From: an uncultured Roseobacter sp.
GTDB lineage: Bacteria > Pseudomonadota > Alphaproteobacteria > Rhodobacterales > Rhodobacteraceae
Reading direction: 5' to 3'
Length of the DNA: 64,000 nucleotides
NCBI GenBank assembly: GCA_965365545.1
Contig: CBDUCB010000001.1
Span: forward strand, 8,649-72,648
Within the stretch, counting starts at the first letter, position 1. Every line of letters starts with the position of its first letter. The translations under genes and the position numbers were made by a program. The notes under the pieces were generated by a model. The model did no database searches, had not been told where the DNA came from, and saw nothing but the letters and a program-made list of their open reading frames with translations. Below are positions 38,427-46,858 of the stretch, in pieces.

Positions 38427-38575
38427 TTAAATCTACGACATGACCCATCGCGTTCGAGCCACTGAGAATCGATCCGGATATTCAGTTGCGATGGCGAGCG
38501 GGTGACCCCCCAAAGGCTCTGTCCGGACATCGTTCAGGGCAAACCGTTTATCTGGCAGCTTACAGACAACATGTG

Positions 38576-40693
38576 CTAAAGCGCTGCGGCGTGGCGCAGG
38601 ATCGCATCGGCCGTCAGCGGCAGACGGGTCATCCGCATCCCGGTGGCGTCATAAAGCGCGTTCGCGATCGCCGCGATTGCCGGTCCCGGCGTGGCCTCGC
38701 CTGCACCGGCAGAAGGCTCATGCTGCGCTTCGACCAAATCGACCGTGATCTGCGGAACACGGTCAAAGCGAAGTACCGGATAACTCTCCCAGTCGCGCGA
38801 GAGAATGCCGTCGCGGTCCCATGTCACCTCTTCGCTGAGCGCGATGGAGGCACCCTGAATAAAGCCGCCCTCAAGCTGTGCGATCAGCCCGTTATGGTCC
38901 AGCACACGACCGGCGTCTGCCACGATCAGAACGTCTTTCAGCAGCACCTCGCCGGTATCTGCCATGTCGATATCAACGCATATCCCCACGCGGGTCATCG
39001 CATTTTTATATTGCGCATAGGCAATGCCGCGCCCGCCGGTGTCCGGCGGTGTCGCCCGAAGAGCGATCTGTTCGCTGAGCCGCTCAAGCACCGCTCGCCC
39101 GCGCGCATCCTGCATCTGGTTCAGCCGGTAGCGGACCGGGTCTTCAGAAGCCTGCTTTGCGAGGGTATCCATCATGCTCTCCAGCGCGAAGATATTGGTC
39201 GTGGCACCCAGGCAGCGAAAAGCCGATGTGCGGTGCGGTAACCCGCCAACGAGGTTTTTCACCAGTCGCTTTTCGGGGAAGGTATAAACCGGGTCGAGAT
39301 TGCGGTGCATGCCACCGTGGCGGTTCATGTTCGGCGTAGCCTTCGGCGCGGGTACATCACAGTCACGCCACTGATTGGCGAGCAGACGGGCGGGACCTGC
39401 ACGGTCCGGACCGGCCCGCGGGCGTCCGCGGTGGGTGTCGCTGAAAACCTCGGCGGAAAAGGATGCGACCTGGCCGTCGGGACCCGGCGTAGCGGCCAGT
39501 TCGGTTGCCATAGCCGGGGCAAAGGGTTCCCAGGCGTGCTCGTCTTCCCGGCTCCATTTCAGCAGAACGGGCGTTCCCGCCAGTTCAAGAGCGATGAGTG
39601 CGGCTTCAAATGCTGCATCATCTGCGCCGTTGTGCCCGTAACATCCGGATCCTGGCATATGGGTTATGACCACATTTTCCGGCGCAAGCCCCAGGCTGTC
39701 GGCGATGCTGTCGCGCAGAGGATAAATGCCCTGGCTGTGGCAGGTAATCTCAAGCACATCATTTCGGAAAACAGCAAAGGCAGCGGAAGGTGCCAGCGCG
39801 CCGTGCAGAAAATAGGGCCGTTCAAAACGCTCCGAATAAGCGGGGTTTCCGGGCTGTGCCGGAACGGGTTCATTATCGAGGGGCAGGCCGTCGACCACGG
39901 GCAGGCGTCGGATCGCGTTGTCGCGGGTCAGCGCCCCGAAGACATCTTCTTCGGAGAGGCCGCCGTTCTGGTCCCACTGACAGACGACCCCCAGACGGGT
40001 GGCCGCGCGCACGACGGCCCATTCGCCTTTGCCGGCGACAGCAATGAAATCACCACTCTGCATCACCTGCAGCCCCTCGTCGGTCACGCGGGACAGGACC
40101 TCGGTGTCAATGGATGAAAGGGTTGCGCGGGCATGTGGCGGCCGCACCACGCGGGCGTGCACTATATCCGGCACGTCGATATCGTGCACAAAGGTGAAAC
40201 TGCCCCGGACCATATCTTCCAGCCCGCGCATCCGGGGGGCCGGAAGCGCGTCCGCCGGTGCCATCGGTGTGGCCCCGGTGTCCACTGCAAGGTTGCTCCA
40301 GTCTTCTGAGGCCATCAGACCTGCGATACTGTGCGAGATGTTCGCGCCTTCGCGCCGGAACGCGCCGTTCTCCAGCATCCAGGGGCCGCATCCTTCGGCA
40401 TCCGTCACCCGGGCGTGCAGCCAGTGGCGCAAAGTCGCCGCTGCAAGACGCAAGGCGTGCCCGGAATGCTCGACCGAATTGCTGCCGGAGGTGATGCCTT
40501 CGTCGGGTGAGCCGGCAGTGGTCACAGGAGCCACACGGATCTCTTCAGGCGCGAGGGTCAGTTCTTCGGCGACGACCTGTGCGAGTGCTGTGGAAATCCG
40601 CTGGCCGATATCGACCTTGCCGGTGTGCAGCGTAACGGTCTTGCCGTCGCTTTGCAGCCACTGGCGGACAAACGGAGAGGCCCCGAGGCTCAT
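38576..40693 (-). CDS. molybdopterin-binding oxidoreductase large subunit (xanthine dehydrogenase family, IorB-like)
   Basis: A 705-aa IorB/aldehyde-oxidase-type beta subunit. No twin-arginine signal is visible at the N-terminus (MSLGASPFVRQW...). Confidence 0.85.
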   Translation of the reverse strand: MSLGASPFVRQWLQSDGKTVTLHTGKVDIGQRISTALAQVVAEELTLAPEEIRVAPVTTAGSPDEGITSGSNSVEHSGHALRLAAATLRHWLHARVTDAEGCGPWMLENGAFRREGANISHSIAGLMASEDWSNLAVDTGATPMAPADALPAPRMRGLEDMVRGSFTFVHDIDVPDIVHARVVRPPHARATLSSIDTEVLSRVTDEGLQVMQSGDFIAVAGKGEWAVVRAATRLGVVCQWDQNGGLSEEDVFGALTRDNAIRRLPVVDGLPLDNEPVPAQPGNPAYSERFERPYFLHGALAPSAAFAVFRNDVLEITCHSQGIYPLRDSIADSLGLAPENVVITHMPGSGCYGHNGADDAAFEAALIALELAGTPVLLKWSREDEHAWEPFAPAMATELAATPGPDGQVASFSAEVFSDTHRGRPRAGPDRAGPARLLANQWRDCDVPAPKATPNMNRHGGMHRNLDPVYTFPEKRLVKNLVGGLPHRTSAFRCLGATTNIFALESMMDTLAKQASEDPVRYRLNQMQDARGRAVLERLSEQIALRATPPDTGGRGIAYAQYKNAMTRVGICVDIDMADTGEVLLKDVLIVADAGRVLDHNGLIAQLEGGFIQGASIALSEEVTWDRDGILSRDWESYPVLRFDRVPQITVDLVEAQHEPSAGAGEATPGPAIAAIANALYDATGMRMTRLPLTADAILRHAAAL

Positions 40694-41148
40694 GACTGAC
40701 CGGCGGCCGTCTCAACGGCTCTCAGAATGCGCGGGTGGGATCCGCAGCGGCAGAGATGCGCGGCAAGTGCAGTGCGGGTCTTTTCGGGGTCGGGGGAGGG
40801 CGTTTTTTCAAGCAGCGCGGTGACAGCGACCACCAGGCCCGCCGTGCAATACCCGCACTGGGCCGCACTTTCGGCGACAAAAGCCTCCTGCACACGTTTG
40901 CCGGTCGGCGTAGCACCGACCCCTTCGATGGTGGTGATTTCCTGACCCGCAAAAGTGCCGGCGGGCGACACACAGCTCAGCCGCACCTCGCCATCGACCA
41001 GTACGGCACAGGCGCCGCATTGCTCGAGACCGCAGCCAAGTTTCGTGCCCTTGAGTTTCAGCGTATCGCGCAGAACGTAGATCAGAGGCGTGTCGGGATC
41101 GTCCGCCACATCATGTGTTTCGCCATTGATGCACAGACGCAGGCTCAC
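40690..41148 (-). CDS. (2Fe-2S)-binding small subunit (IorA-like)
   Basis: Two cluster motifs, CGLEQCGACAV and CGYCTAG...C. It overlaps the large subunit by 4 nt. Confidence 0.9.
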   Translation of the reverse strand: MSLRLCINGETHDVADDPDTPLIYVLRDTLKLKGTKLGCGLEQCGACAVLVDGEVRLSCVSPAGTFAGQEITTIEGVGATPTGKRVQEAFVAESAAQCGYCTAGLVVAVTALLEKTPSPDPEKTRTALAAHLCRCGSHPRILRAVETAAGQS

Positions 41149-41630
41149 GAGGTCACGCGCTCCCAGTTGACGATGACCTCCACGTCAGCCGAACGGAAAA
41201 GATTCATCACCGGACAGCGGTATTCAACGTTTTTGATCAGACGGTCGAAACGGTCCTGGGTTTCGTCGGTATGTACGCGGATATTGAGCTTCACCCAGTT
41301 GAAATAGGGCCTGACGCCCTGCACCCCGCGTGAGCCGCGCTGGTCCACTTCGCCCTCACCGTCCATATCGACGGCCGTATACTCAAACGACATCGCCTCG
41401 GCACAGCGGTTAATAATAACACCTTCGCATCCCATCAGGGAACTCAGCGCCATCTCAAGCGGGGTGGGGCCGGTGTCGGTTTCTTTTTCGTCGGTGATCA
41501 GTACATGGTTCCGCACCATGACCACCGTGCGCGGGCGTGCCTCGTTGCGGGCGCTGACCTTGCGGATGCCGATGGCTTTCTTGTTGGGATCAACGCTCGG
41601 GGCGAGAAGATCGGGGTCCTGCGTATTCAT
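41145..41630 (-). CDS. OsmC/Ohr family protein
   Basis: OsmC-like fold signature (TGPTPLEMALSSLMGCEG..., ...YRCPVMNL). It has 4-nt overlaps with both neighbours. Confidence 0.8.
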   Translation of the reverse strand: MNTQDPDLLAPSVDPNKKAIGIRKVSARNEARPRTVVMVRNHVLITDEKETDTGPTPLEMALSSLMGCEGVIINRCAEAMSFEYTAVDMDGEGEVDQRGSRGVQGVRPYFNWVKLNIRVHTDETQDRFDRLIKNVEYRCPVMNLFRSADVEVIVNWERVTS

Positions 41631-42907
41631 AGTGTCATCTCCAGTATTTCGAGGCCATTGTTACGGTCGAGCAGGTAGATCAGGCCGTTTTCGCCCACAT
41701 CGACATCGTTTGACTGCGGTGGTGTGCCGTCGCTGCCGACGGGGGGCGTATACCAGGCCACCTCCACGGGCAGTTTCGGGTCAGCCACATCAAGCACCCG
41801 CAGCCCGCCGGCAAACCAGGTGGCATAGACCAGCGTACTGTCGAGTTTCTCGCGGAACTGATGGCCGCCGAAACGTGCACCGGGCTGGCCGATGTAAGGA
41901 CAGGCGCGTTCGGTCAGATCCCAGGCCGCGACGGGCTCCATGTTTTCAAGATCGGTGACGTCCATGATCCAGATAAACCCGTGCAGCTGACCGGGTTTGT
42001 GATCGTGCTCTTCGTCAATGGCGATGGCATAGCGACGCCCGTTAATAAGGTTTTCCAGCGGCATGACCGTATGTGTGGGCTCGGGGATTGCTTCGGGGTA
42101 GACATAACTGCCTTTGACCACCGGCATGGTGCCGGAGTTCAGATCACTGGCATCAAGTACCCGGTAACCGGCGTGCCAGACTGCGGCCCAAAGCTCGTCG
42201 CCGCAGCGCATCGCGTGGTGCAGCCGGACGCCGTAACCTTCCCAGGTTGGCGTCTCACCGCCCGCCAGGTGCTGTCCGGGCATATGCCAGCGGTTCACTT
42301 CGGTGGGGCTTGATGGATCCGTGAGGTCATAGACCACAAGGATATTGCCGACATAGCCCTCCATCTCGGTCGAGATATAGGCGTAGTTTTCATCCATATC
42401 AAAGCGGTGCACGCCGAAGCCGTGAGTGCGGACATAAGCAAGCTCTTTCGGTGCGCTCTTGTCGCTGATATCCCAGACCCGGAAGCCGCCGCCGTCATAG
42501 CCGCGCGCCAGCGCCGCTTCGAGATCGGGAATATCGCTCTCTTTGACGCCGAGCGCTTCCGCGATCTGAGCGTCTGTGGCGCCGGATCCGAGCTGGTCGC
42601 GCAGGCCGGCGATTTTCTCGCCCTTGCGCAGGAAATGGCGCCGGTCCTGTTCGACGTTGGTGATCATGATATCGCCCACAACCCTGACCTTGTGGGTATG
42701 GGAATATTCATCGGGCGGTGGAACATGCGCCGTGACGCGCGGGTTTGCCGGATCGGACACATCGATGATCGAGGTGCCCATCGGCGGTTTCATATGTCCG
42801 ACATAGGCATAATTGCCCTGCACCACGACCTGGCCGCCACCGGCAATATCCAGATGGCCGAGCCTGCTGATGTTGCGGGCCAGTTCGAATTCGATTTCCT
42901 GTTTCAC
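41627..42907 (-). CDS. LVIVD-repeat beta-propeller protein, function unknown
   Basis: Repeated blades of the ...NYAYV/...DVSDP type (GNYAYVGH..IIDVSDPANP, ENYAYISTE..VYDLTDPSSP, ..LRVLDVADPKLP). No N-terminal signal peptide is evident. The family assignment is from memory. Confidence 0.6.
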   Translation of the reverse strand: MKQEIEFELARNISRLGHLDIAGGGQVVVQGNYAYVGHMKPPMGTSIIDVSDPANPRVTAHVPPPDEYSHTHKVRVVGDIMITNVEQDRRHFLRKGEKIAGLRDQLGSGATDAQIAEALGVKESDIPDLEAALARGYDGGGFRVWDISDKSAPKELAYVRTHGFGVHRFDMDENYAYISTEMEGYVGNILVVYDLTDPSSPTEVNRWHMPGQHLAGGETPTWEGYGVRLHHAMRCGDELWAAVWHAGYRVLDASDLNSGTMPVVKGSYVYPEAIPEPTHTVMPLENLINGRRYAIAIDEEHDHKPGQLHGFIWIMDVTDLENMEPVAAWDLTERACPYIGQPGARFGGHQFREKLDSTLVYATWFAGGLRVLDVADPKLPVEVAWYTPPVGSDGTPPQSNDVDVGENGLIYLLDRNNGLEILEMTL

Positions 42908-44418
42908 TGGATCACGATCTCCCGTCTTTTACGTCTCATTTCAAACCAGATGGGCAGCAGGATCGACAGGGCGAGGCAGACCCAGAGCACATTGCCCAGC
43001 GTGGACGAGAAAAGCACCATGATGTCCCCGTCGGACTTCTTGAGCGACCACAGGAAATAACGTTCCAGCAATGGCCCGAGGATGACGCCGATCAGAATGG
43101 CCGCCACATGATAGCCGGTGCGGCGCGCGACATAGCCCAGAACACCGAAGGCGAGGGCGAGATACATATCGAACATGTACTCGCGCGGCACGAAAGCGCC
43201 GACCAGAGTGAAGGAAATGATCATCGGTGCGAGGTAAATCGTCGGCACCGTGGTCACCCGGCTCATGTAGCGGCTGAGCGGCAGGATCGTGAACATCATA
43301 AAGAGATAGCTCACGGCCATCGCCATAAACATGCCGTAGCCGACCTTCGGGTTGTTCTCGAAAAGCGAGGGGCCGAAGCTTACGCCATGGAACTGCATCA
43401 CAACGAGCATGATGGCCGCCGTTGCGCCGCCCGGAATGCCCAGCACCAGAAGCGGCACGAGAGTGCCCGAGGTCACGCCGTTGTTGGCGCTTTCGGGTGC
43501 AATCAGACCTTCGGGGTGGCCGGTGCCGTAAGCTTCGGGCGTTTTGGAAAAAGAGCGTGACTGCTGATAGGCGACAAAGCTCGCAATTGAAGCGCCAGCA
43601 CCCGGGATCACCCCGATGATCAGACCGATCACACTGGTCCAGGCGATGTGCCACCAGCGTTTCAGCGCGATCGAGGCCCCCTCAAACGTGGCGTGCCAGC
43701 TTGGGGTTGCCATGGCTTTGCGGGCATCATCCGTAATGATCAGCCGTTTTTCGATAATCACGAAAGCCTCGGACACGGCAAAGAGACCGACCAGTGCAGG
43801 TATGAGCGGGATGCCGTCATAAAGCTCCAGAAACCCGAAGGTCGCGCGCGGTGTGGCATAGACGACATCGGTGCCGATAGAGCCGATCATCAGCCCCAGA
43901 AAGCCCGCGATCAGGCCCTTGACCATATCCTGTGCCGCAATCGACGCGATCAGCGAGATGCCAAAGAGCATGACCACGATCATCTCGACGGAATGCATGT
44001 AGAACCCGACGCGCGCCAGAATTGGCATGGTCGCAAGGGCAATCACCGTGGTCAGAAGCCCCCCCAGCGATGAGGCCACAAAGGTCATTGCCAGCGCCTG
44101 CTGGCCGCGGCCCTGTTTGGTCATCGGATAGCCGTCAAGCGGTGTGGCGGCAGCACCCGCAGTGCCGGGGATATTCACAAGGATGGCCGGAATGCCGGCC
44201 CCCATACGAGCAGCACAATAGAGTGACACCATGAAGATCAGACCAGTCTCCAGATCCATCGCCAGCGTCAGAGGCATGAGGATGATGATGGTGTTCGCAG
44301 CGCTGAAGCCTGGGACACCGCCTACGATCAGGCCGAGGAATATGGTGGGAATGATCACCCACCAGTAGCTGATGGTCTGAAAGAATACCTCGACGAGAAT
44401 GGTTCCTGTTTCACCCAT
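42904..44418 (-). CDS. tctA: tripartite tricarboxylate transporter large permease
   Basis: A 504-aa polytopic TctA-family protein. Confidence 0.9.
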   Translation of the reverse strand: MGETGTILVEVFFQTISYWWVIIPTIFLGLIVGGVPGFSAANTIIILMPLTLAMDLETGLIFMVSLYCAARMGAGIPAILVNIPGTAGAAATPLDGYPMTKQGRGQQALAMTFVASSLGGLLTTVIALATMPILARVGFYMHSVEMIVVMLFGISLIASIAAQDMVKGLIAGFLGLMIGSIGTDVVYATPRATFGFLELYDGIPLIPALVGLFAVSEAFVIIEKRLIITDDARKAMATPSWHATFEGASIALKRWWHIAWTSVIGLIIGVIPGAGASIASFVAYQQSRSFSKTPEAYGTGHPEGLIAPESANNGVTSGTLVPLLVLGIPGGATAAIMLVVMQFHGVSFGPSLFENNPKVGYGMFMAMAVSYLFMMFTILPLSRYMSRVTTVPTIYLAPMIISFTLVGAFVPREYMFDMYLALAFGVLGYVARRTGYHVAAILIGVILGPLLERYFLWSLKKSDGDIMVLFSSTLGNVLWVCLALSILLPIWFEMRRKRREIVIQ

Positions 44419-44923
44419 TTGCCAGCACTGCCTTCATTGTGGTCTCAAACCAGCCGCTCGGGAACCGGGTTTCAAACGCCCAGATGAATACGGCCCAGCC
44501 GCCCAGAGACATTGCGGCGGAAATGGCGATAATCAGCCCGGGGCGTTTGCCGTGGCTCAGGATCAGCATGCTGAGTGAGAGAAAGAGGAATGTGGTCAGG
44601 GTAAAGCCCAGCCGGTCGATCAGCAGACAGTAGCCCACGGTAGTTACCAGCAGGCCGATGCGCCCTGAAGTGATGTCCTGCATGGAAAAGAGCGTTCCAA
44701 AGCCCAGAGATGCCCGGCCGGACATCAGCTGTGAGATGCAGCGGACAAAAAATATCCCGCAAACCAGCAACAATATGCCGCCGACGAGAAACCCGCTGAC
44801 CTGGGCGGTCCAGGGTGAGTTCCAGATCGAGGAGAAAAAATAGAGCGTGAAGGCAACAGCCACGATCGGAATAACCAGCTCGCCGCCGATCGGACGGGGT
44901 GATTTATCATAGTCAGGTCGCAT
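44411..44923 (-). CDS. tctB: tripartite tricarboxylate transporter small subunit (TctB family)
   Basis: A 4-TM protein of about 170 aa immediately upstream of tctA, with an 8-nt overlap. Confidence 0.7.
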   Translation of the reverse strand: MRPDYDKSPRPIGGELVIPIVAVAFTLYFFSSIWNSPWTAQVSGFLVGGILLLVCGIFFVRCISQLMSGRASLGFGTLFSMQDITSGRIGLLVTTVGYCLLIDRLGFTLTTFLFLSLSMLILSHGKRPGLIIAISAAMSLGGWAVFIWAFETRFPSGWFETTMKAVLANG

Positions 44924-44963
44924 TCCACGCCCTCCTTCTCGGATCAGATATCTCAGGAAAGGA

Positions 44964-44988
44964 CCGGCGCGGGGCGGGCCCGCGCCGG
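44964..44988 (-). other. intercistronic GC hairpin between tctC and tctB
   Basis: A 10-bp stem CCGGCGCGGG / CCCGCGCCGG with a 5-nt loop, and no T-tract. Confidence 0.4.
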
Positions 44989-44999
44989 CAGTGACGGAA

Positions 45000-46013
45000 T
45001 TATGCGCCGGTCAGCAGCGGTTTGAAGCGCGCGCCAAGCTCAAGCATCGCGGCTTTGAATTCCGCACACTCCTCAATGCCGCCGTAGTTGAGGTATTCCG
45101 GCGTGCCGCGCCCTTCGACATAGGCGGTGAGCAAACGCTCATCCTCAAAGGTTTCCTTGAAAGTGCTGGTGAGCACCTCAAAACGATCAGGATAGTCATC
45201 GACCGCTTTCTGATGGATCCCGAAGGCCCGCGAGGAGAGCATTTCCGGCAGATCAAGATCAAAGGCGTCATTGATGCTCGGCGCGTTATCCAGCGCTTCA
45301 CCGACACGGTTTTCACCAAAAACCAGCAGCGTTTTCACGGAATCGCCGGCGGCGATGACCGACCCGGAGGTCAGTACCGAGAAATCAACTTCACCGGTGA
45401 CAGCACCCGCAACGGTGTTTTTGCCGCCCGAGAGCGGGATCAGATTGAAATCCGCGCCTGTTGCCTCGCCAAGCGACAGCAGCCCGATCGAGGCAGGGTG
45501 CGCCATCCGGCTTGTCCCGACATTCAGGCGACGTTTTTTACCTTCGGCGATGACATCATCAAGCGTCTGCAGCGGGCTTTCCGCACCTACAAAAAGTGCG
45601 CCCGGATCGGTATCGACCCGCCCGAAGTAGAGATAGTCGTCGATGTCAAAGCTTGGCTCCTGCATGGCCCAGTTCAGGACCTCAGGACCCATGTTGCCAA
45701 AGATCAGATTGTAGGCATCGGGCTCGTTCTTGCCCATGTAGATCTCATAGCCGACCCGGCCCGAGGCACCTGGGAAAAAGCCCGGCTCAAAATCGGTGCC
45801 CAGCTTTTCTTTCCAGATGCTGGTGAAAGCCCGGAAATTCCGGTCAGCGCCGCCTCCTTCACGCGTCGGGATGACGACGTTGATGTTGCGCTCAGGATAG
45901 CTGCTGGCTCTGAGAAGGGTCGGGGCCGCAAGGGCGATGCCGCCCACGGCTGTTCCGGTTCTCAGAAAATTTCTGCGGTTGATTGTATGTCCTTTAGTCA
46001 TTCTTTCCTCCAC
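45000..46013 (-). CDS. tctC: tripartite tricarboxylate transporter substrate-binding protein (TctC/Bug family)
   Basis: Tat-type signal RRNFLRTGTAVGGIALAAPTLLRA and a Bug-family fold. Confidence 0.85.
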   Translation of the reverse strand: MEERMTKGHTINRRNFLRTGTAVGGIALAAPTLLRASSYPERNINVVIPTREGGGADRNFRAFTSIWKEKLGTDFEPGFFPGASGRVGYEIYMGKNEPDAYNLIFGNMGPEVLNWAMQEPSFDIDDYLYFGRVDTDPGALFVGAESPLQTLDDVIAEGKKRRLNVGTSRMAHPASIGLLSLGEATGADFNLIPLSGGKNTVAGAVTGEVDFSVLTSGSVIAAGDSVKTLLVFGENRVGEALDNAPSINDAFDLDLPEMLSSRAFGIHQKAVDDYPDRFEVLTSTFKETFEDERLLTAYVEGRGTPEYLNYGGIEECAEFKAAMLELGARFKPLLTGA

Positions 46014-46084
46014 TTTTGCGTGCGCTTTATTTGTGATGCTGCCGTCGGTCGTGCGCAGGTCCGGCGGTCAGGGGTTTTGTCAGA

Positions 46085-46858
46085 TTACCCTCCGGCCAGC
46101 TCCTTGCCGCGCCACAGATCCATGCCTCCCGCATAGATCAGACGCAGAGCCAGCAACGTCAGAATAGTATTCAGGGCGATTTTGAACCGTGCCTCATCAA
46201 TTCTCAGAAGGATGTGGCGTCCGGCGACCGTCCCCAGAAAACCAAAAACGATCAGAAGCACGATCAGACCAAACCACTGTGAAAAGGCAAAACCGAGCAG
46301 CCCGAAAGCAATTGTCTTGAGAAGATGCTGTATTGTCATCAGTGTGGCATGGGTAGCCACGTACTGTACACGGCCAAGCTCAAGCGCTTTCACATAGGCC
46401 GCCACGAAGGGGCCGGTGCCGCCGACAAACATCGTCAGAAAGCTGGAAAAGCTTCCCGTCACTGCCGGCGAACGACGCATGAAGGCTGGTGGACGTGAAA
46501 CGATTGTCCACAGAATGAAAAGTCCCAGACCGATCTGGATGACGCCGGGATCAAGCTGCACGACGAAGGCGCCACCGATGGCGATGCCGATCAGGGAGCC
46601 TAGCAAAAAGGGGAGCACCACACCGGTCTGCAGATCCCGGAAGAACAGCGCGGCCCGGCCGGTGTTGGAGCCAAGCTGAACCAGACCGTGCAGCGGAATG
46701 ATTGCAGGGGCGGGCAACAGCGTCGCCATCGCTGCCAGCATGACAGCACCGCCGCCGATGCCAAGGCCGGCGGTGATCATTGAACTGGCAAAACTGATCG
46801 CCGTCAGCGTCAACGCCACCGGCATCCCCAGCCCGCCGTGCAGGACATCCCAGGTCAT
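46085..46858 (-). CDS. TauE/SafE family sulfite/anion exporter
   Basis: An 8-TM TauE-like protein. Its ATG overlaps the upstream gene's stop (ATGA). Confidence 0.85.
   Translation of the reverse strand: MTWDVLHGGLGMPVALTLTAISFASSMITAGLGIGGGAVMLAAMATLLPAPAIIPLHGLVQLGSNTGRAALFFRDLQTGVVLPFLLGSLIGIAIGGAFVVQLDPGVIQIGLGLFILWTIVSRPPAFMRRSPAVTGSFSSFLTMFVGGTGPFVAAYVKALELGRVQYVATHATLMTIQHLLKTIAFGLLGFAFSQWFGLIVLLIVFGFLGTVAGRHILLRIDEARFKIALNTILTLLALRLIYAGGMDLWRGKELAGG

Noticed and set aside
38486-40823. Three plus-strand ORFs of 251-274 aa (38486..39241, 39305..40117, 39999..40823).
   Set aside because: All are antisense to the IorB/IorA genes, have biased Arg/Gly/Pro/Ala composition and show no domains.
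44991-46136. 381-aa plus-strand ORF. Similar cases are 50912..51949 (-), 59662..60828 (+), 12802..13524 (+) and 10225..11184 (-).
   Set aside because: Each is antisense to a confidently assigned gene (tctC, the panE-like reductase, the MsbA-like exporter, apt and LysE, and the FAD oxidase respectively), and none has motifs of its own.
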